Origin: Nitrospirota bacterium
GTDB taxonomy: Bacteria > Nitrospirota > UBA9217
NCBI GenBank assembly: GCA_963818475.1
Contig: CAWFSF010000005.1
Location: 555,873 to 579,872 of the forward strand
DNA length: 24,000 bases
Direction: 5' to 3'
This document shows, in pieces, positions 8,905 through 13,948 of the stretch (its first letter is position 1; each line of letters begins with the position of its first letter). A program made the position numbers and the translations under genes. Under the pieces are notes generated by a model that was given only the letters and a program-made list of their open reading frames with translations, did not search any database and was not told the DNA's origin.

Positions 8905-10164
8905 CTACAACTCCCAGGGATAACCAATAAATATGCTCGGCGACACGCCTTCCCTGCCTGTCGCCACGTCGGCCCGAAACACGACGCCCGAGGCCGTGAC
9001 CATGCGCAGGCCTATGCCGGTTGTCGAGCGCCAGATGTCGCCCACCTCGCTCCGCAGGTCAGCAGTGCTCCCGAGCTCGTAGTAGAACGCAATCTGCCAG
9101 GCAGTTCTGATGTCTTTCATGATGAAAATATCGTAGGGCGTTGACTCGTCGGTCAGGTTCCACCGGATCTCCGTGCCGTAGAAGCGCGTGTGAGCGCCGG
9201 AGTAGCGGCCATTGGAATAGGACCTGAGACGGCTGAACCCACCGAGCGAACTGGCCGTGCCGTAGGTGTTGTTTGCGACCGTGTTTTTGACGACGTCATG
9301 GCAGCGCTGCCGCTCCGTAAGGTCGGCAATGGTATCGCAGGCAAGCCCCAGATCCGTTTCTACGTCAACAGGATTGATCTCCCCCTGTCGCCTGACATGG
9401 GCATCGGAGTGAAAATAGTTTAACGCCCAGGTACTGCGCCTGCCGAGTGGAACATAGCCGGTGAAGCTCATATCCTGAACATAAAAATCAGGCCCGGAGT
9501 CCCTGGGTGGGGTCAGTGACCGGCTGATGTCGAGCCGCACACCGCGCCGAGGGTCCGCGTAATCGTCGGTGAGGTCGACACGGGTGCCCAGAATCGTAAC
9601 ATGCCCCCGGTCCACCTGCGAGCTCTGGGTCTCAATAATAATGTTGCCGTCCCTGTTACGGATACTTTTTACCTGCGACCTTCCCTGGTAATAGGCGCCG
9701 TAGAGCTCAAACCTGCGTTCGAGAAACGTTGCAGTCATGCGCGAACCATAGTAGGTCATGTCGCCCAGTTCGATATTCGAATAATCGTTTTTGTCCGTGT
9801 TCATTCCCCGCTGGCTGTAGCTCTGGATCGTCGCCGAACTGATGCTGCTGAAACCGGTGTCGAGGAGCAGGGTATCCGGAATGACATGCACCTCTGCAAC
9901 GCCCAGGGCCAGACCAACGATATCTCCGCCAAAGGCCATGCCATAGGCATCGGCGTGCGTGCCTGCAAAGTTTCTGGCGCCCCCGACAAGGCCCAGCCCT
10001 GTCCCGATGCCGGGCAAGCTGTAGGGATAGGGAAAGAGCGCGTAGCCGAAATCGGTTGCGAATTGATCTTTACGGCGATCAGGGAAGATGGATGCTTCGG
10101 CCATACTGCCGAGGACGAGCGCAAGGACCACAAAAAACAAAAATCTCCGTACCTTTTTTTCCAT
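8905..10164 (-). CDS. Omp85/BamA-family outer-membrane beta-barrel (surface antigen D15 type) without recognisable POTRA domains
   Basis: The signal peptide is MEKKVRRFLFFVVLALVLGSMAEA. Omp85-like C-terminal motifs are SLGGFSRLRSYSNGRYSGAHTRFYGTEIRW and GIGLRMVTASGVVFRADVA. I chose the start at ATG 10164. The longer ORF start at 10227 lies inside repeat E7. Confidence 0.75.
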   Translation of the reverse strand: MEKKVRRFLFFVVLALVLGSMAEASIFPDRRKDQFATDFGYALFPYPYSLPGIGTGLGLVGGARNFAGTHADAYGMAFGGDIVGLALGVAEVHVIPDTLLLDTGFSSISSATIQSYSQRGMNTDKNDYSNIELGDMTYYGSRMTATFLERRFELYGAYYQGRSQVKSIRNRDGNIIIETQSSQVDRGHVTILGTRVDLTDDYADPRRGVRLDISRSLTPPRDSGPDFYVQDMSFTGYVPLGRRSTWALNYFHSDAHVRRQGEINPVDVETDLGLACDTIADLTERQRCHDVVKNTVANNTYGTASSLGGFSRLRSYSNGRYSGAHTRFYGTEIRWNLTDESTPYDIFIMKDIRTAWQIAFYYELGSTADLRSEVGDIWRSTTGIGLRMVTASGVVFRADVATGREGVSPSIFIGYPWEL

Positions 10165-10205
10165 CCCCCCACCTTCTTCGGATATACCGGGCTTTATTCT
10201 ATCAA

Positions 10206-10321
10206 CCACAAAATGCACAAAAATCACATAAAAAACAAGCGTACGCTTTTTTGAAATACCGCACCGGCGTGATGAAAGCTAAAATCGCGATTTATCTGTG
10301 TGACTTTTGTGCTTTCTGTGG
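10206..10321. repeat. Palindromic intergenic element (E7), CACAAAA-motif variant
   Basis: The arm CCACAAAATGCACAAAAATCACATAAA and the arm TTTATCTGTGTGACTTTTGTGCTTTCTGTGG are imperfect inverted repeats of about 27 bp. A central perfect palindrome AAGCGTACGCTT (10237-10248) is flanked by A and T runs. It may double as the terminator of hgcB. Confidence 0.6.
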
Positions 10322-10336
10322 CTAACCGCTGTAGGT

Positions 10337-10630
10337 TTATCCGCAGCAGCTGTTCCCCGTCCCGCTGCAATCACAGGACGGCGCGCCGCCGTAGATAAGG
10401 CTGTTGATGATGGCAGCGGCGCACCCCACGCCCGTACTCACCGTGATTGCGCCGAATTCGCAGTTTTTTGCGCAGGCGCCGCACTCCATGCAGCGGTCGC
10501 GGTCGGTGATGCTGGCGCGCTTGTCCTGCATGGCGAACACTGCGTGCGGACAGACCTCGACGCACCTGCCGCAGCCCGTGCATTTGTCGGAGAAAAACTG
10601 CAATGTCGATACGTTCGCGAGATATTTCAT
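10337..10630 (-). CDS. hgcB: Mercury-methylation ferredoxin HgcB (2x[4Fe-4S])
   Basis: There are two CX2CX2CX3C motifs, CTGCGRCVEVCP and CMECGACAKNCE. The conserved extra Cys is in GVGCAAAI, and the C-terminal vicinal pair is in ..NSCCG. The gene lies directly downstream of hgcA (12-nt gap, GGGAGG Shine-Dalgarno). I chose the start at MKYLANV (ATG 10630). Confidence 0.9.
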   Translation of the reverse strand: MKYLANVSTLQFFSDKCTGCGRCVEVCPHAVFAMQDKRASITDRDRCMECGACAKNCEFGAITVSTGVGCAAAIINSLIYGGAPSCDCSGTGNSCCG

Positions 10631-10642
10631 AGGACCTCCCAC

Positions 10643-11708
10643 TCACGGAGTTTGAACAAGCACCACCAGCAGCAGCGAAACCACCGTGATTATTATATAC
10701 AGCGGAATGCCGATCTTCAACTCTTTATTCACGCCGGACATGCCGGTGTAGGTGGTCGAGCCGGTGAACTGGAGCGCAATGTATGAGCTCAGGGCCGGAA
10801 AAAACAGGTAGATTGCTGCGAGCAGAAAGCGCGCTTTGTCCGGGAACGCCGGCCATTGCCTGCATGGTCAGAAACGTTATGAGCATGCCCATGATCCAGC
10901 CCTTGATCGCAAAGGAGCGGAAGGGAACGAAGGGCAGCAGGACCGGCGTCACGAAGGCGCCGGCAAACACCGCTGAAAGACCGAGCGCGAGGAACGGCAT
11001 GCCTCCCTGCCAGGCCTGCTTGAACAGAATTCCCGTTGGCGCAAGCCCGAAGAGCAGAAGCACGACTCCGGCGAACCAGGGATATTTCTTCATGATCGGA
11101 TTGATCTCCATGGGCGTAAGCACCAGCCGGTCGAGCAAAGAAAACCTGATCTCGCTCATTTCCTTCGTCTTTTTGTACCCTGCTGCAACATATGCCGGGA
11201 TGTCCCGCGCTTCCACCGGGCCGAAGGAGACCCGGAACCCTGTTTCCTTCTGGACTTTGGCTGCAGAGACGCCCACGGCCCCGAGCTGCGGCAGAATGAT
11301 GCGGCGGTGGCCGACCACGTCGCTGAGGCGGACAAGGCTGATCTGCCTGACCAGCTCGTCGGTCCCGAAGGTGCCCTTCCCTGCCGCGCACCAGACATTG
11401 ATGCTCTTCGTGTCGAGCACCAGGACCCAGGCATGCATTCCCTTGAGCGATTTCCGGACGATGTCGAAGCTCAGCTTGTAGTTCGCGGTCACAAAGACGT
11501 CGGAATCCTTTGTAGCTTCGCCCACGGCATAGAGCCCGGGCGGTACCGTGTAATGCATGCGATAGGCGCCGATACGGCTTTTGATCATGCCGAGCACATC
11601 GGCCTGCGACCAGTCGGACGAGACCCGCGAGACCGCACCTCCAGGAGTTTTAACACTGCCCGACACCCAGTGCGGGATCTCTTTTTTTATGAATGGAATG
11701 ATCTCCAT
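10643..11708 (-). CDS. hgcA: Mercury-methylation corrinoid protein HgcA; one frameshift in the C-terminal transmembrane domain
   Basis: The diagnostic cap-helix motif NVWCAAGK is at 11376-11399 (Cys107), followed by hydrophobic TM helices. The intact ORF is 10725..11708. After a shift near 10835-10845 a second frame continues with RFLLAAIYLFFPALSSYIALQFTGSTTYTGMSGVNKELKIGIPLYIIITVVSLLLVVLVQTP* and ends at 10643, just before the hgcB Shine-Dalgarno. Confidence 0.9.
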
Positions 11709-11722
11709 AAGGTCCTCCGATG

Positions 11723-12001
11723 CTACAGGATGTCCTTCATTACGGGCCCCAGCACCCCTTTGACCATCACTTCAAGGTTCTCCGCCTTGATCAGGGCGAT
11801 GCAGCAGATCTCGCCGTCCTTTTCCCAGCTCGTAACAGCGAACTTGTCGCCCGCCTTGATGCCCGCCCGGGCACGCAACTCCTTCGGCAGCACCATCTGC
11901 CCCCGTTCGTCGACCGTAATGATCGCCTCGACAGCGCAGCACCCGGCGCGCTTGTTCAGCGCGGTCTTTCCTGATCCTTTATCCTTCGCCGCCAGCACCA
12001 T
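11723..12001 (-). CDS. Small AbrB/MazE/SpoVT-type DNA-binding-domain protein with two vicinal Cys-Cys pairs, first gene of the hgc operon
   Basis: The SpoVT-AbrB signature is ITVDERGQMVLPKELRARAGIKAGDKFAV. The CC pairs are in RAGCCAVEA and GEICCIAL. I chose the start at MVLAAKDK (ATG 12001) because AAGGAGG lies 5 nt upstream. An alternative in-frame ATG is at 12025. The stop is 14 nt before the hgcA start, with a GGAGGA Shine-Dalgarno in between. Confidence 0.8.
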   Translation of the reverse strand: MVLAAKDKGSGKTALNKRAGCCAVEAIITVDERGQMVLPKELRARAGIKAGDKFAVTSWEKDGEICCIALIKAENLEVMVKGVLGPVMKDIL

Positions 12002-12048
12002 ACCCGCCTCCTTCTGCACGTCCATATCAGCACAATCTGATAAGTAAG

Positions 12049-12077
12049 AATATACTGATTTGTCCGTATTTTGTCAA
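12049..12077 (-). promoter_or_regulatory. Near-consensus sigma70 promoter of the AbrB-like-hgcA-hgcB operon
   Basis: The minus strand reads TTGACA (12072-12077), a 17-nt spacer, then TATATT (12049-12054). The short leader contains the inverted repeat ATCAG-attgtg-CTGAT (about 12026-12041), a possible operator. Confidence 0.6.
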
Positions 12078-12119
12078 GGGCAAATTCTTGATTCGCCGGG
12101 AGATGCTTTATCCTTAAAA

Positions 12120-12257
12120 CATTTGGACACGGATTAACACGGATAAGAGCCGGATAACGGCGGATTATTTCTTTTATAAGATGTTCACCCAATAGGTGAA
12201 TGCTTTAGAATTTATCCGCGTTAATCAGATGTTTCCGATTCTTCCGTGTCCAAATGC
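12120..12257. repeat. Palindromic MITE/REP-like intergenic element (E8)
   Basis: The terminal inverted repeats are a perfect 13 bp: CATTTGGACACGG (12120-12132) and CCGTGTCCAAATG (12245-12257). The arms hold tandem CGGATAA / TTATCCG units. The central hairpin is TTCACC-caata-GGTGAA. It is a close paralogue of the 8101-8242 copy. Confidence 0.8.
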
Positions 12258-12556
12258 CGTTTTTAGGTTTATCCGGCAGCGGTCGTCGCAAGCTCTCTGG
12301 GGCCAGAAGAAGGAAAGCCGATTCGGTTTTCTCTTTTATAATGCCCGACTCGTAGCGCAACTTCAGAATGAGTATAGTTTTGTGAAGGCAGCGGAAAACG
12401 AAAATCAAGGTATGGGACAGACGGGAGAGCGGCATCCGCCGGGATGTGGCGACCAAAAATCCGACGAAGCGGCGGCAAGAGTGTTTTCAGGGAGCCAATC
12501 GTGCCGGTAATGAGGGTGGATTGTCAACCCCGAACATTGTTAAAACAGCAGTGTCC

Positions 12557-13765
12557 TTACCGGTCCCTATGGATAGCATCATAGGGCTCTCGTTGGATGC
12601 TCTTTACCGCCGGATAGAGGACTGCCGCAGCGCCCGAGAGCAGCATGAGCAGAAAGCAGGCGAGGCCGATCGTCCCGATCATCGCGTACGATGGCCACAG
12701 GAACTGGATATTGCCCAGATAGACGATGATCTGCTGCTTGAACTTGACAATGAAGATCCATGCCAGGCCGATGCCCGCGGCCCCGCCGGTTCCCGTTAGC
12801 AGTACCGCCTCGGTAACGAGCAGCCGGAGCACGTGCATCCTGGTGGCGCCCATTGCCCGCAGAATGCCGAGTTCCCGTTCCCGCTCGTTCACGGTCATGG
12901 CGAACACCAGCCCCATCATGATCAGCAGCATAAACCAGAAGATCACGCCCACGGCAAAAACGCCCCAAAGCGCAGACGAGACGTCCTTGCGCACAGCAAT
13001 AATGAAGTCCTTGGTGACGATCGCTTTAAGATCAGGCAAGGCTGCCTCTATCGACCGGCCCACCGCATGGATGTCGTAAGCCGGAGCAACGCGCACCAGG
13101 ACCGACGATATCTGCCTACTGTTAACATTGAGAGGAACCCGCAATATCGTCTTCGAGTGCTCGATCATATCGCCGGCCGCGTCGATAGTCATGAAGACGG
13201 AACGATCCAGCAAGCCAAGGCCTGTGGGATGTAGTACCGCACCGATCCGGAATTGCTTGCCATAATACATCATTTCCTTGCTAGTTACATAGGCGAGGCT
13301 CGAGCCGATCGTCACGGGATCGTCGTTTTCATTTCCTTTGCGCGGACTAATGGCAGACCGAATCCAGGGCGATATGGTAAAATCCGTATCAGGGTCGTAT
13401 CCCACGAGGAGCGTCAGGGGAGTGCCGCAGCAAGCAAGCCTCGCTGAAGTCATAAAGAGTTGAGGTGACGCCTTGGCGACCCCTTGCACAGCAGCGACGG
13501 CAGCGAGATTCTTTCGGTCCATGTAAAAACTTGTCGGTTCCCCGGCAAGCAGGATTTTCCGGCTTGCAGCCACATGCGCGGCGGGTACGACCATAATGTC
13601 AGCGCCAAGCCGCTCCATGCCGAGCTCAACACTCCCCTCAACCGCTTTCAGGACCGTTGTGGCGCTGAAGAAGAATCCACTGGCGAGGGCGGCTGCAAAA
13701 ATGATGGCTATGCTTCTGACGCGCTTACGGAGAAGATTTTTCAAGGCTAATTTACATAGTGTCAT
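12557..13765 (-). CDS. FtsX/MacB-type ABC transporter permease (4 TM, large periplasmic domain); no ATPase gene adjacent
   Basis: The N-terminus LALKNLLRKRVRSIAIIFAAALASGFFF is typical of FtsX-like permeases. A periplasmic stretch of about 230 aa follows, and then a C-terminal three-TM FtsX module containing ERERELGILRAMGATRMHVLRLLVTEAVLL. I chose the start at MTLCKLAL (ATG 13765). Confidence 0.85.
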   Translation of the reverse strand: MTLCKLALKNLLRKRVRSIAIIFAAALASGFFFSATTVLKAVEGSVELGMERLGADIMVVPAAHVAASRKILLAGEPTSFYMDRKNLAAVAAVQGVAKASPQLFMTSARLACCGTPLTLLVGYDPDTDFTISPWIRSAISPRKGNENDDPVTIGSSLAYVTSKEMMYYGKQFRIGAVLHPTGLGLLDRSVFMTIDAAGDMIEHSKTILRVPLNVNSRQISSVLVRVAPAYDIHAVGRSIEAALPDLKAIVTKDFIIAVRKDVSSALWGVFAVGVIFWFMLLIMMGLVFAMTVNERERELGILRAMGATRMHVLRLLVTEAVLLTGTGGAAGIGLAWIFIVKFKQQIIVYLGNIQFLWPSYAMIGTIGLACFLLMLLSGAAAVLYPAVKSIQREPYDAIHRDR

Positions 13766-13891
13766 ATAAATACACGTCCATAAAAAAAGAATAAGTTCGT
13801 CTTCGCAAACCATTTAGAAAGACGTAACGTTTGCGGAGCGATCAGGTTGCTAGTATACCTGTTTTACCGGCTCTCGAGTCAAATTTTCACT

Positions 13892-13922
13892 AAAAAAAGG
13901 GGAGCGGCATGACCCGCTCCCC
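13892..13922 (-). terminator. Rho-independent terminator after the propeller lipoprotein gene
   Basis: The minus strand reads GGGGAGCGG-gtcatg-CCGCTCCCC (9-bp GC-rich stem) followed by TTTTTTT. It lies 27 nt downstream of the stop at 13949. Confidence 0.8.
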
Positions 13923-13948
13923 CGATGATATATTATTACACCCTGTTC

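Noticed and set aside
10337-12077. A mer operon (merR/T/P/A/B) accompanying hgcAB
   Set aside because: I looked for MerR-type HTH, MerP GMTCxxC, and MerA/MerB signatures in all frames of the neighbourhood and found none. The Cys-pair proteins here belong to other folds.
8101-12257. Arrays of short repeated units (CGGATAA and similar) as a possible CRISPR array
   Set aside because: The units are 7-10 nt, not 24-48 nt. They are arranged as inverted arms and not as direct repeats with unique spacers. No cas genes are present.
12196-12510. A 104-aa ORF, plus the 8176..8397 and 7878..8168 ORFs
   Set aside because: They start or run inside the paralogous palindromic elements E8 and E5. For example, both begin ..ALEFIRVNQ.., which is repeat-encoded. 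They have no coding signal.
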